A stretch of DNA of 64,000 bases from Isurus oxyrinchus (GCA_026770705.1 JANJGN010000048.1:1736001-1800000), one strand, 5' to 3'. Positions 1 through 12,044 are shown, numbered from the stretch's first letter. Program-made: numbers and translations. Notes: generated by a model not told the origin, from the sequence alone.

Positions 1-1085
1 AGAACCCCATCTTCCACTTTGGCATCTTCCAGCCTTATGGACTCAGCACCTAATTCAACAGCTTCAGAGCATGAACTCTGTCCTCCATTTGTATTATTTT
101 CCCCGATTTTCAGTCTATATCGTGTTCTCATGTTTTGCTTTCAGGCAGCACTGACCTCTATTCTCCTATTACCACATTCTGATATTTTACTTTCAGACAG
201 CTCTGAGCTTTACTCTGCTAGTAGCACCTGCTCTGGACCAATGCTTTGTTCCTTTGCTTTTTACTATTCCCCCTTTCCTTGCATTTTGTTCCATGGCATC
301 TTTGGAATTTAATCTCCCCAAACCTCTAATCAATTCATGACCTTTTTTTTGCTCCACCTTCCCCCTCACCTTGTGTTCAGCAGCAGAAACGCCAGCACAT
401 TCCACCACTTCTCATTTCAGAAGAAGTGTTATATTGAAGGTGAAACCTTAACTCTGTTTCTCTCTCCAAAGAGGCTGCTAGACCTGCTGAGATTTTTCCA
501 CAGATATTTATTAATTTTTATTTTTGCCGTTAAGTGCCTGTTCTGTGAAGAAATTCCATGTATCTGCCATTTCCCAGTTATAGAGGTAATTGTGCATCCT
601 TTACCCTTGTCCATGCCAAGTATGGGTTGCTTATGAATTTCCTATGGTTTCTTTTCGATTGGTTAACAGGGGCTGCATCCCACTTGGAGAATTTGAAACA
701 TGGAACTCTGCAAATGATGGGCAAATGTTTTGAATGCGGCAACACATTCAGGGACTTTGGAGAGGAGAGGGAGATTGGAGATTTGGGTGGTGTTTTGCAG
801 TTGCAGTGAATTCATTATCACTACATTTTCCAGAGAAGTGACATGACAAAACCAGTTTGAAACAGAAGGTCGTGCCTCAAGAGAGAACCGTGAACAATAT
901 GGACTGACCTGGGAGCGAGGATGGGAGGTTGCATGGTCAGCAATTTAGTGGGAACAGGACCCAGTGGACAGGAGGAGGGGCTCATTGACAGGATGAGTTC
1001 CTTTGTTCTCGGAGCAGCTCAATTGCGCCCTCCCTGGACAGTCACTGACATCTACATTTCCCTGCCTGACAGCACAAGCCATAAA

Positions 1086-1134
1086 GTGGGGGTGGGGGGC
1101 GGGGGGCGGGGGGGGGGGGGGGGGAGGTGGGAGG
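1086..1134 (+). repeat. Poly-G tract, G-quadruplex-forming potential
   Basis: Successive G runs of 5, 6, 6 and ~17 nt separated by single bases; unique in the window. Confidence 0.8.
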
Positions 1135-1659
1135 AACTGGCCGGTTCCATGTAGAAGTGTTAAAATTCTTGCTGCTGTTGTTTTCAAGTCTCCGCACCGT
1201 GCATTAAAAAAGGAAACTCGTGGCCTTAAAGATGTAAAGCAGCTGTGAAACTGATTGGAAACTTTCCATCGTGAGAGGGGTTCATGGGCAGCGAGTTCAG
1301 AGGAAAGAAAATATAAGGAATTTGAGATGCAGTAAAGGGAGGCGAGAAGTCACATAGTGCCGTGGCACAGGGAGAGCATCAGTGAAGATATCTAGGGGCC
1401 AATGGTTTGATGGTAATTTGGTGAGGCCAGGCGAAGAGGGATTTTGGAAGAGAGGTGGGAATACAGTGAGATTGCCAAAGAAGGAGAAAGGGTGAGACAA
1501 ATAAAAGGAAGCACCAAGGTGTGACGTAGTTGCAAATGCCAGACTAGCGCCATGACAGGCTGGGCTCAGTGGATAGGGGAGGGGGAAGTGGAGGGTTCAT
1601 TCAAAGGGAAGGTGACATCCACCCATGTCTATGTTTCCTATATGGCCAAGGCCCCAAAA

Positions 1660-2022
1660 TAATCACCAACAATCTCGATACAGTCACCCTGATCTCCATA
1701 CAGTCACCCTGATCTCCATACAGTCACTCTCAATCTCGAGGCAATCATCCCTAACCATGATACAATCACTCCCAATCTCGATACAATCACCCCGATCTCG
1801 ATACAATCACCCCGATCTCGATACAATCACCCCATCTCGATACAATCACCCCGATCTCGATACAATCACCCCGATCTCGATACAATCACCCCGATCTCGA
1901 TACAATCACCCCGATCTCAATACAATCACCCCATCTCGATACAATCACCCCGATCTCGATACAATCACCCCGATCTCGATACAATCACCCCATCTCGATA
2001 CAATCACCCTCATTCTCGATAC
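1660..2022. repeat. 19-21-bp variant minisatellite (CCCGATCTCGATACAATCAC) in the edge unit
   Basis: Homogeneous run of mostly 20-bp (some 19-bp) units between ~1770 and 2020. Confidence 0.92.
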
Positions 2023-4886
2023 AAACTCTTCCAATAGGTTCAAGAATGTCAAATCCATCCAACATATCAACGCTGGGAACTGTTTCTCCCCATTGACTCT
2101 GTCCAGTCCCCTCATGTTTTTGAACGTCTCTATCAAACCCCCTGTCAACATTCCCTCCCCAATGCAGAGAATTGTCCAGCCCTTTTTTGAATTTTTATTT
2201 CTGCCTTAAGTGCCTGTTCTGTGAAGAACTTCCATGTATCTGCCATTTCCCAGTTATAAAGGTCATTGTGCATCGCATACCCTTGTCACTGCCACATCTG
2301 AAGTCGCTGCTGAATTTGCAATGGCCTCTTGGCGATTGGGTATCAAAGGCTGAATCCCACGTAGACTTTGGAGGGGAGAGGGAGTTTGAAGATGGGAGCG
2401 GTGTCTTTCAGCTGCAGAGAGTTCATTATCTCTACATTTTTTAGTGAAGTGACAGGACTAAACAGGTTTGAAACGAATGATGGTGCCTCAAGAGAGAACC
2501 CTGAAAAATATTGACTGACCTGGGAACCAGGATGAGAGGTTTGAGGGGTCAGAATTTTAGTGGGAGCAGAGCCCAGGGAACAAGAGATGGGGCTCATGGA
2601 AAGGATGAGTTCGCCTGTTCCTGGAACAGCTCAACAGCGTCCTCCCTGAAGAGTCACTGACTGCAACTCCTGCATCCCCCCTCTGGAATGCACGTCTCCA
2701 CACGTTTCAGAACTAATAGGCCTAAAGACGTGTTTCTGGACAGAAAGAGGGTGATAATAATTAAGCCCTTGGAAGCTGAAATGAAAACAGAAAGGGATGA
2801 AACACTCGTCAGAACTGGCAGCATCAGTGGACAGAGAAGCAGGTGGTTTTCAGAGCCAAATATGCGTCTTCTTCCGAACAGAGGAGCGAGATAGTGGTGT
2901 GGTGGGATCTGTGCTGCTCACAAAATCACAGAAGAACAGCTGGGGCTATGGAGGTGAGGGATAGCTTAGATAGCAGAGCAGATTGAATGAAAAAGTTGTC
3001 ACTTAGCACAAGACAAAGAGAGTCTTTATTTTGCTCACCCATAACCCATTCTGAAACACTGTAGCCTGCGTCCCAACACACCCCTAACAACAAATGCGAG
3101 GAGCTGATGGAACTCTCTGTCATTGGGTTTGAGACTGTCCAATGAGCTGCCTCTTCCAGCGATTACACATTCTGCTATTTTGCACTCAGTCAGCGCCCAT
3201 ATTTATTCTGCTGTTATCACCTACTCGGGCTGGATACTTCCTGCTGAAACGCCAGAAAACAGTCGCCCAGAGTAGGTGATAACAGCAGAATAAATATGGC
3301 TGCTGTCTTAGAGCAGAATAGCGTTATGCATTCGCACTGGGAGAGGGAACTCATTGGACAATCCAAAGCTGAATGACAAAGTGTTCAACCAGCTCCTCGT
3401 AGTTGTTGCTGGGGGTGAGTGTGTAGGCCAGCGAAAGTGTTTCAGAGTAACGTATGGATTAGTAAACGTTATTCCAGGGCTAACTTTGATTCCCTGCATG
3501 GTCCTTGGAGTTGAGCAGAGATGGGAGCGTAACTGGGGAAGAGGCCGGCTTGTAGAAAGTCCTGGTTTTAAGAGAGAGCAGGACATCGATGAAGGCATGT
3601 CCAAGAGACTGACTGTGAAACTGATTGTTAACTTTCCATCAAGAGAGGAGTTCAGGGAGCAGGGTAAATGGGCTGCGAGTACAGAGGAAGGAGAATACGA
3701 GGAATTGGAGATGCAGTAACGTGAGGTGAGAATTCATACGCTGTACTGGCAGAGGGAGAGCAACAGTGAAGATATCGAGGTGCCAAAGGTGTGATGATGA
3801 TTTGGTGAGGCCTGGCGAAGGGGGATGAGAGGGCAGGAATGCAGTGAGATTGCAAAAGAAGGAGAAAGGGCGAAACAAATGAAAGGAAGCACTAAGGTGT
3901 AACATGGTTGCAAATGCGAGGTTAGCGCCATGACAGGCTGAGCGGGGTGGATCGCAGATGGAGAAGGGGGGCTTCATTCACAGGGGAGGTGCGATCCACC
4001 CATGTCCAGGTTTCCAATATGGCCAAGGCCCGATATAATCACCAACAATCAGCATACAATCACCCCCAATATCGATACAATCACCCCAATCTCGATACAA
4101 TCAAGCCCAAACGTGATACAATCAACCCCAATCACGATAAAATCACCCACAATCTGGATACAATCACCCCAATCTCGATACAATCACCCCAATCTCGATA
4201 AATCACTCATAATCTCGATACAATAACCCACAATCTCGATACAATCCCACCCCATCTCCACACAATTACTTCTAGCAGGGTCAAGAATGTGAAATCCACC
4301 CAACATGTCAAACTGCTTCTCCCCATCGACTCTGTCCAGAGCTCTCATGATTTTGAACCCCTCTACCAAACCTCCTGTCAACATTCCCTCCTCGAAGGGG
4401 ACAAGCCCCAGACTTTGCACGGCCTCTGCGGAACAGAAGCTTCTTGTCTCTCGAGCGCCTCTGGTTATAAACTCAGTGCAACCCATTCATAAACCTTCGC
4501 ATACTTCCTAAAGAGTGCTGCCTAGAATGTGACACCATACTCAGGGTGAGTTACTTACCGAACACAAACTCCCAGGCACTGTGCAGCAGCGACATGGACT
4601 CTGCTAAACGAATGCTTGAACTCTGAGTGTCGTGAGTCAACACCGCACAAATCAATGAACGCACAAATGTGTGGCTGCGGGCACTCATGGTTGTCTAAAT
4701 GAACAACCACAGATGCTGCTTTGATTATGTAAACAGCTTTATTTTGAAGCCATCCCGACAGATGGCTCATACTTCATTGAATTCGGATGTTGGCGAATGA
4801 TTTCTCTCTCCACATATGAAGCGAGTTTACCATGTCTGTATGTGTAAAGGTGAGAAACTGTGCTCAGTTGCATTCAAAAGATTAAA

Positions 4887-4958
4887 TGGAGATACTGGGG
4901 ATTGAACCCGGGACCTCATACATGCGCAGCATGCGCACTACCACTGAGCGACAATCCC
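4887..4958 (-). pseudogene. tRNA-Ala(CGC) pseudogene (edge copy)
   Basis: Reverse complement reads GGGATTGTCGCTCAGTGGTAGTGCGCATGCTGCGCATGTATGAGGTCCCGGGTTCAATCCCCAGTATCTCCA. It has acceptor-stem mismatches, A9C, a D-stem mismatch, U33G and a T-stem mismatch. Confidence 0.85.
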
Positions 4959-5673
4959 AACTTAATTTCCATTGGTCATAATGAAACTCTTTGACCATGT
5001 CTTATTTGCCTCCACCAACCATTGAACCTCCTTCCAGCTCTACCTGTGCCACCGCCCTCAATCAGCTTGTATTTCACCTCATTTCTATTCTTCCTCAGTT
5101 CAGATGAAGTATCATACGGACTCGAAACGTGAACTGTATGCCTCTCCGCAGGTGCTGTCAGACCAGCTCAGATTTTCCAACTATTTTAATTTTTGTGTAG
5201 TTGCCGGCAATTTCACCCTCTGCAACTATTCTACAATTAAGTAAAAAGACTGCATTCAGGTGAAGCAATTATTTACTGCTTCCTCTCCCACTCACGAAGG
5301 GTAACAGTTGTAATCTGGTTATATTAGGTTTGTTGAGCCCCAGGCTCATCCACTGGGGACCTGGATTCAAGTCGAAAGTTATGTAACAAATTGTAGAATT
5401 GAAAACTCGTCTCCCAGTAACGGTGAGCATGAAAATGGCATTGATTGATGTAAAAACCCACCTGGTTCACCAGCACGCTTCAGGGAAGGAAAACCATCAT
5501 CCTTATCAGGCCTGTCCTACTTGCGACTTTCCACATATAGCATTGCGGTTGTTTGTAAACTGTCCTCTGAAAGGTCCCAGCAAGGCACTCAGCTCAAGGG
5601 CAATTAGGGAACGTTAACAAAGTCACATCTTGCCAGTGACGCCCACATCCCATGAAAGAACAAAGGAAATGTA

Positions 5674-5964
5674 AAATTAGTCCATTGCATTGGCTGCTGG
5701 AAGTGTGGACTCCTCTACTTTAGGATAACTCAACAAAGGCTGGGTGACCACTTTGTAGAACATCTCTGCTCCACCCACAAACATGGCCCCGCCCGCTTGC
5801 AATTTCAGTCCAGCATCTTGCTCTCATGCTGACATTTCAGTCCTCGGCCTGATGCAATGTTCCTGTGAAGCCCAATAAAGTTCTCAGAAATGAACCTCAA
5901 CTTCCAATTTGGCGTCCTCCAGCCTTATTGTATCAATACTGATGTCAACATCTTCAGTCAATGA
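5674..5964 (+). mobile_element. Penelope-like GIY-YIG endonuclease remnant (best-preserved copy; equivalent at ~11553-11843 and each further unit)
   Basis: Translates as KLVHCIGCWKCGLLYFRITQQRLGDHFVEHLCSTHKH, then with frameshifts VLGLMQCS.EAQ and LNFQFGVLQPY. This resembles the PLE consensus VYCIxCxxCGLLYIGETKRRLGDRFAEHL...VLGLLQC..EA...LIFRLGTLQP. Confidence 0.8.
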
Positions 5965-7360
5965 ACTCTGTCCTCTGTTTTTATTATTGTCCCCGATTTT
6001 CAGTCAGCACAGACCTTATTCTCCTATGACCACATTCTGCTATTTTTCTATCAGACAGCGCTGACCATTAATCTGCTATTAACACTTGCTCCGGACCAAT
6101 GCTTTGTACTTTTCACTCACACCACACACCCTCAAAAGCTTAATCCTACCTGGAGAATTTCAAAAATGAAGCACCGGAAATGAGAGGAAAATGTTTCTAA
6201 TTCAGCAACACATTCGTGGACTTTGGAGAGGAGATGGAGTTTGGAGATGGGAGCGGTGTCTTTCGGGTGCAGAGAGTTCATTATCTCTACATTTTTTAGT
6301 GAAGTGACATGACTAAACAGGTTTGAAACGGATCATGGTGCCTCAAGAGAGAACCCTGAACAATATTGACTGACCTGGGAACCAGGATGGGAGGTTTGAG
6401 GGTCATAATTTTAGTGGGAGCAGAGCCCAGGGAACAAGAGATGCGGCTCATGGAAAGGATGAGTTCCCCGGTTCCCGGAACAGCACAACATCGCCCTCAC
6501 TGGAGAGTCGCTGATAGCAACTCCTGCATCCCCCTTTTGGATTGCACGTCTCCACTCTTTTCAGAACTAATAGTCCTAAAGAAGTGCTGCTGGAAAGAAA
6601 GAGGCTGACAACAATCTCGATACAATCACCCACAATCTCGATACAATCGCCCACAATCTCGATTCAATCACCCCCAATCTCGATACAATGACACCCAATC
6701 TCGATACAATCACACCCAATCTCGACATAATACTTCTAGCAGAGTCATGAATGTGAAATCCACCTAACATCTCAAACGCTGGGAAATGTTTCTTCCCATC
6801 GACTCAGTCCAGACCCCTCATGTTTTTGAACCCCTCTATCAAACCTGCTGTCAAAATTCCCTCCTCGATGGGGAAAAGCCCCAGACGCTGCACCGCCTCC
6901 GCGGAACTGAAGCTTTGTGTCTTTCGAGTGCCTCTGGTTATAAACTCAGTGCCACCCATTCATAAATCTTCACATCCTTCCCAAGGAGTGCAGCCTAGAA
7001 TGTGACAACATATTCAGGGTGAGTTACTTACCGAGAACAAACTCCCAAGCACTGTGAACCAGCGACATGGACTCTGCTGAACGAGTGCTTGATCTCTGAG
7101 TGTTGTGAGTCAACAACCACACAAAACAGTGAACGCACAAATGTGTGGCTGTGGGCACTCATGCTTGTCTCAATGAACAACCACAGAAGCTGCTTTGATT
7201 TTGTAAACAGCTTTATTTTGAAGCCATTCCGACAGATGGCACATCCTTCATTGAATTCGGATGTTGCCGAATAATCTCTCTCTGCACATATGAAGCGAGT
7301 TTACCATGTCTGTGTGTGTAAAGGTGAGAAACTGTGCACAGCAGCATTCAAAACTTTAAA

Positions 7361-7368
7361 TGGAGATA
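7361..7368 (-). pseudogene. 3'-end stub of a deleted tRNA-Ala copy
   Basis: The normal tRNA 3' flank (cattcaaaactttaaa) and tggagata are followed directly by ggtaacaaattgtgg, which lies ~490 bp further on in intact units. Confidence 0.8.
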
Positions 7369-10300
7369 GGTAACAAATTGTGGAATTGAAAACTCGTCTC
7401 CCAGTAACGGAAAGCATGAAAATGGCTCCATTTGGTGTAAAAACCCGGCTGGTTCACGGACACCCTTCAGGGAAGGAAAGCCATCATCCTTATCAGGCCT
7501 GTCCTACTTGTGACTTTCCACACATAGCAATGTGATTGTCTGTTAACTGTCCTCTGTATGGACCCAGCAAGCCACTCAGCTCAAGGACAATTAGGGAGGG
7601 GTAACAAAGTCACATCATGCTAGTGACGGCCACATCCCATGAAACAACAAAGGAAATATAAAATTCTACCACTGCATTCAGTGCAGACAATGTGGACTCC
7701 TCTACTTTAGGATAACTCAACAAAGGCTGGGTGACAACTTTGTAGAAATGCTCTGCTCAGTCCTCAAAATATGGCTCCACCCCGGTTGCGATTCCAGTTT
7801 AGCATCTTGCTCTCATGGTCACATTTCAGTCCTCGGCCTGATGCAATGTTCCAGTGAAGTCCAATAAATTTCTCGGAAGGAACCTCGCCTTCCAATTTGG
7901 TGTCTTCCAGCCTTATTGTATCAAAACTGATGTCAACATCTTCAGAGAATGAACTCTGTCCTCTATTTGTATTGTTGGCCCCGATTTTCAGTCTATATCA
8001 TTTTCTGATATTTTGCTTTCAGGCTGCACAGACCTATATTCTCCTATTACCACATACTGCTATTTTGCTTTCAGAATGCGCTGACCTTTAATCTTCTATT
8101 AACTCCTGCTCTGGACCAATGCTTTGTACCTTTACTCAAAGCACACACCCCCAAAAGCTTAATCCCACCTGGAGAATTTCATACATGAAGCCCGGGAAAT
8201 GAGAGGAAAATGTTTCTAATTCGGCAACACATTCGTGGACTTTGGAGAGGAGAGGGATCTTCTAGATGGGAGCAGTCTCTTTCAGGTGCAGAGAATTCAT
8301 TATCTCTACATTTTTCAGTGAAGTGACATGACTAAACAGGTTTGAATCGCATCATGGTGCCTCAGGAGAGAACCCTGAACAATATTGACTGACCTGGAAA
8401 CCAGAATGGGAGGTTTGAGGGTCAGAATTTTAGTGGGAACAGAGCCCAGGGAACAAAAGGTGGGGCTCATGTAAAGGATGAGTTCCACTGTTCCTGGAAC
8501 AGCTCAACAGCGCCCTCCCTGGAGAGTCACTGACAGCAAGTCCTGCATCCCTCTTTTGGATTGCACGTCTCCACACCTATCAGAACTAATAGTCCTAAAG
8601 AAGTGTTGCTGGAGAGAAAGAGGGTGATAACAATTTAGCCCTAGGAAGCTGAAATGAAAACAGAAAAAGTTGAAAACCTAGTCAGAAATGGCAGCACCAC
8701 TGGGGTGAGAAGCAGGTGGTTTTCAGAGCCGGATGTGGGTCTTCTTCGGAAGAGAGGAGCGAGATAGGGGTGTGGTGGGATCTGTGCTGCTCACAAAATG
8801 ACAGAAGAACAGCTGGAGCTAAGGAGGTGAGGGATAACTTAGATAGCGGGGCAGAGTGAATGAAAACGTTGTCATTGAACACAAGACAAAGAGAGCCTTT
8901 ATTTTGCTTCCGCATGACCAATTCTGAAACATTCTAGCCTGCGTCACAACTCACCCCCAAAAGCAAGTGCGAGGAGCTGATGGAACTATCTGTCATTGGG
9001 TTTGGGACTGTCCAATGAACTGCCTCTACCAGTGATCACACATTCTGCTATTTTGCACTCAGTCAGCACCCAGCTTTATTCTGCTGTTATCACCTACTCG
9101 GGGCAAATGCTTCCTGTCGCAAAGCCAGAAAACAGTCGCCCAGAGTAGGTGATAACAGCAGAATAAACGTGGCTGCTGTCTGAGTGCAAAATAGCGGAAT
9201 GCTTTCAAACTGGAAGAGGCAGCTCATTGGACAGTCCAAAAACAAATAACAAAGCGTTCAATCAGCTCCACGTAGTTGTTACTGGGGGTGAGAGTGCAGG
9301 CCAGCGAGAGTGTTTCAGAGTAAGGTATAGATTAGTAAACGGAATCCCTGGGCTATCTTTGATTCGTTGCATGGTCCTTGGAGTTGAGCAGAGATGGGAG
9401 CTTAACCGGGGCAGAGGCCGACTTGACAAAAGCCATGGTTTTAAGAGAGAGCAGGACATGGCACATCCAAGAGAGTGACTGCGAAACTGATTGGTAAACT
9501 TGCAGCGAGAGTGTGTTTCAGAGAGGAGGGTAAACGGGCTGCGTCTTCCGAGGAAGGAGAATACGAGGAATTGGAGATGCAGTAACGTGAGGAGTGAATT
9601 AACACACTGCAATGGCACAGGGAGAGTAGCAGTGAAGATATTTAGGTGCCAATGGTGTGATGATGATTTGGTGAGTCCTGGCGAAGGGGGATGAGATTGC
9701 AGGAATGCAGTGAGATTACCAAAGAAGGAGAAAGGGCAAGACAAATGAAAGGAAGCTCAAAGGTGTGACATGGTTGCAAATGCCAGGCTAGCGCCATGAA
9801 AGGCTGAGCGGGGTGGATCGCAGATGGAGAGGTGGGTGCTTCATTCACAGTGAAGATGCGATCCACCCATGTTCAGGTTTCCAATATGGCCCAGACCCCG
9901 ATATAATCACGAACAATCAGCATTCAATCACCCCTAATATCGATATAATCACCCCCAATATCGATACAATCACGGCCAATCTCGATACAATCAACCCCAA
10001 TCTTGATCCAATCACCCCAAATCTCGATACAATCAACACTAATCGCGATAGAATCACCCACAATCTCGATACAATCACCCACAATCTCGGCACAATCACC
10101 CCCAATCTCCATATAATGACACCCAATTTTGAAACAATTACTTCTAGCGGGGTCAAGAATGTGAAATCCACATAACATCTAAAACGCTGGGAAATGTTTC
10201 TTCCTATCGACTCTGTCCATACCACGCGTGATTTTGAACCCCTCCATCAAACCTCCTGTCAACATTCCCTCCTCGAAGGGGAAAAGCCCCAGACTCTGGA

Positions 10301-10766
10301 CTGCCTCCGCGGAACTGAAGCTTCGTGTCTCTCAAGCGCCTATGGTTATAAACTCAGTGCAACTCATTCATAAACCTTCGCATCCTTCCCAAGGAGTGCA
10401 GCCTATAATGTGACAACATATGCAGGGTGAGTTACTTACCGAGCACAAACTCCCAGGCACTGTGAACCAACGACTTGGACTCTGCTGAACGAGAACTTGA
10501 ACTCTGAGTGTTGTGAGTTAACAAGCACACAAAACAGTGCACGCACAAATGTGTGGCTGCGGGCTCATGGTTGTCTCAATGAACAACCAAAGTTGCTGCT
10601 TTGTTTTTGTAAACAGCTTTATTTTGAAGCCATTCCGACAGATGGCACATCCTTCATTGAATTCGGATGTTGCCGAAAAATCTCTCTTTGCACATATGAA
10701 GCGAGTTTTCCATGTCTGTGGGTGGAAAGGTGCGAAACTGTGCTCGGTTGCATTCAAAACATCAAA

Positions 10767-10838
10767 TGGAGATGCAGGGGATTGAACCCGGGACCTCATG
10801 CATGCGAAGCATGCGCTCTACCACTGAGCTACATCCCC
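10767..10838 (-). tRNA. tRNA-Ala-CGC: tRNA-Ala(CGC), one T-stem mismatch (C50:U64)
   Basis: GGGGATGTAGCTCAGTGGTAGAGCGCATGCTTCGCATGCATGAGGTCCCGGGTTCAATCCCCTGCATCTCCA. Cloverleaf with G3:U70 Ala identity pair, A and B boxes, and a T4 run 8-11 nt downstream. Confidence 0.85.
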
Positions 10839-10869
10839 AACAGCGTTTACTTGGGTCATAATGAAGCTC

Positions 10870-11075
10870 TTTGACCATGTCCTATTTGCCTCCACCAAAC
10901 ATTAAACCTCTTTCCAGCTCTACCTGTGCCACCGCCATCAATCACTTTGTATTTCACCTCATTTCTATTCTTCCTCAGTTCAGATGAAGTATCATATGGA
11001 CTCGAAACGTGAACTGTATGCCTCTCCGCAGATGCTGTCAGACAACCTGAGATTTTCCAGCTAATTTTATTTCTG
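10870..11075 (+). mobile_element. Penelope-like element terminal-repeat/3' relic (representative; once per unit, just upstream of the tRNA, opposite strand)
   Basis: cagtt-cagatgaag...gactcgaaacgtgaactg...ctctccgcagatgctgtcagac...ctgagattttccagc matches my recollection of the typical end of fish/shark Penelope-like elements. Confidence 0.7.
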
Positions 11076-11174
11076 TGCAGTTACCTGCAATCTCACCCTC
11101 TGAAGCTATTCTACAATTAAGTATAAAGACTGCGTTATGGTGAAGCAATTATTTACTGCTTCCTCTTCCACTCA

Positions 11175-11552
11175 TGAAGGGTAACAGTTGTAATCTGGTT
11201 GTATTAGGTTGGTTGAGCCCCAGGCTCATCCACTGGGGACCTGGATTCAAGTCGAAATTCAGGTAGCAAATTGTGGAATTGAAAACTCGTCTTCCATTAA
11301 CGGTGAGCATGAAAATGGCACCGATTGGTGTAAAAGCCACCTGGTTCACGAATACCCTTCAGGGAAGGAAGATCTTCATCCTTATCAGACCTGTCCTACT
11401 TGTAACTTTTCACACGTAGCAATGCTGTTGCCTGTTAACTATCCTCTGAAAGGGCCCAGCAAGCCACCCAGCTCAAGGGCAGTTAGGGAAGGGTAATGAA
11501 GTCATAGCGTGCCAGTGACGGCCACATCCCATGAAAGAACAAAGGAAATATA
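11175..11552 (+). mobile_element. SINE-like relic inserted in the Penelope fragment (representative; once per unit)
   Basis: Degenerate B-box-like ggggacctggattcaagtc, body ...ctggttcac...cttcagggaaggaa..., and tail agggcaattaggga...gccagtgacggccacatcccatgaaagaacaaaggaaa ending A-rich. Resembles an abundant chondrichthyan SINE from memory; exact family not assigned. Confidence 0.6.
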
Positions 11553-12044
11553 AAATTCTACAAGTGCATTCGCTGCTGCAGTGTGGACACCACTATTTTA
11601 GGAAAAATCAACACAGGCTGGGTGCCCACTTTGTAGAAATGCTCTGCTCAATCCACAAACATGGTTCCTTCCCGGTTGCTATTCCAGTCCAGCATCTTGC
11701 TCTCATGCTCACATTTCCGTCCTCGGCCTGATGCAATGTTCCAATGAAGCCCAATAAAGTTCTCAGAAATGAACCTCACCTTCCAATTTGGCGTCTTCCA
11801 GCCTTATGGAATCAAAACTGATGTCAACATCTTCAGTCAATGAACTCTGTCCTCTATTTGTATTATGTTCCCCGTTTTTCAGTCTATATCATTTTCTGAT
11901 ATTTTGCTTTCAGGCAGCACAGACCTTTATTCTCCTATTACCACATACTGCTATTTTGCTTTCAGAAAGCGCTGACCTTTTATCTGCTATTATCACCTGC
12001 TCTAGACCAATGCTTTGTACCTTTACTCATACCACACACCCTCA

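Larger units (their letters stand above)
1..2200. repeat. Diverged, partial edge unit of the array (no tRNA in this part)
   Basis: Same order of segments as the array unit (Penelope tail, L2-like RT piece, L2-like EN piece, minisatellite, CR1 piece) but clearly more diverged. It contains segments absent from the internal units (~260-670 and ~1060-1240). Confidence 0.85.

Noticed and set aside
10767-10838. tRNA as merely the head of a tRNA-derived SINE
   Set aside because: It is a full 72-nt canonical cloverleaf ending at the discriminator base and followed by a T4 terminator, with no SINE body or A-tail. Copies are tandem rather than dispersed.
11225-11260. Second tRNA gene at ggggacctggattcaagtc
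   Set aside because: This is only a decayed B-box-like motif with no cloverleaf, better explained as the head of the SINE relic.
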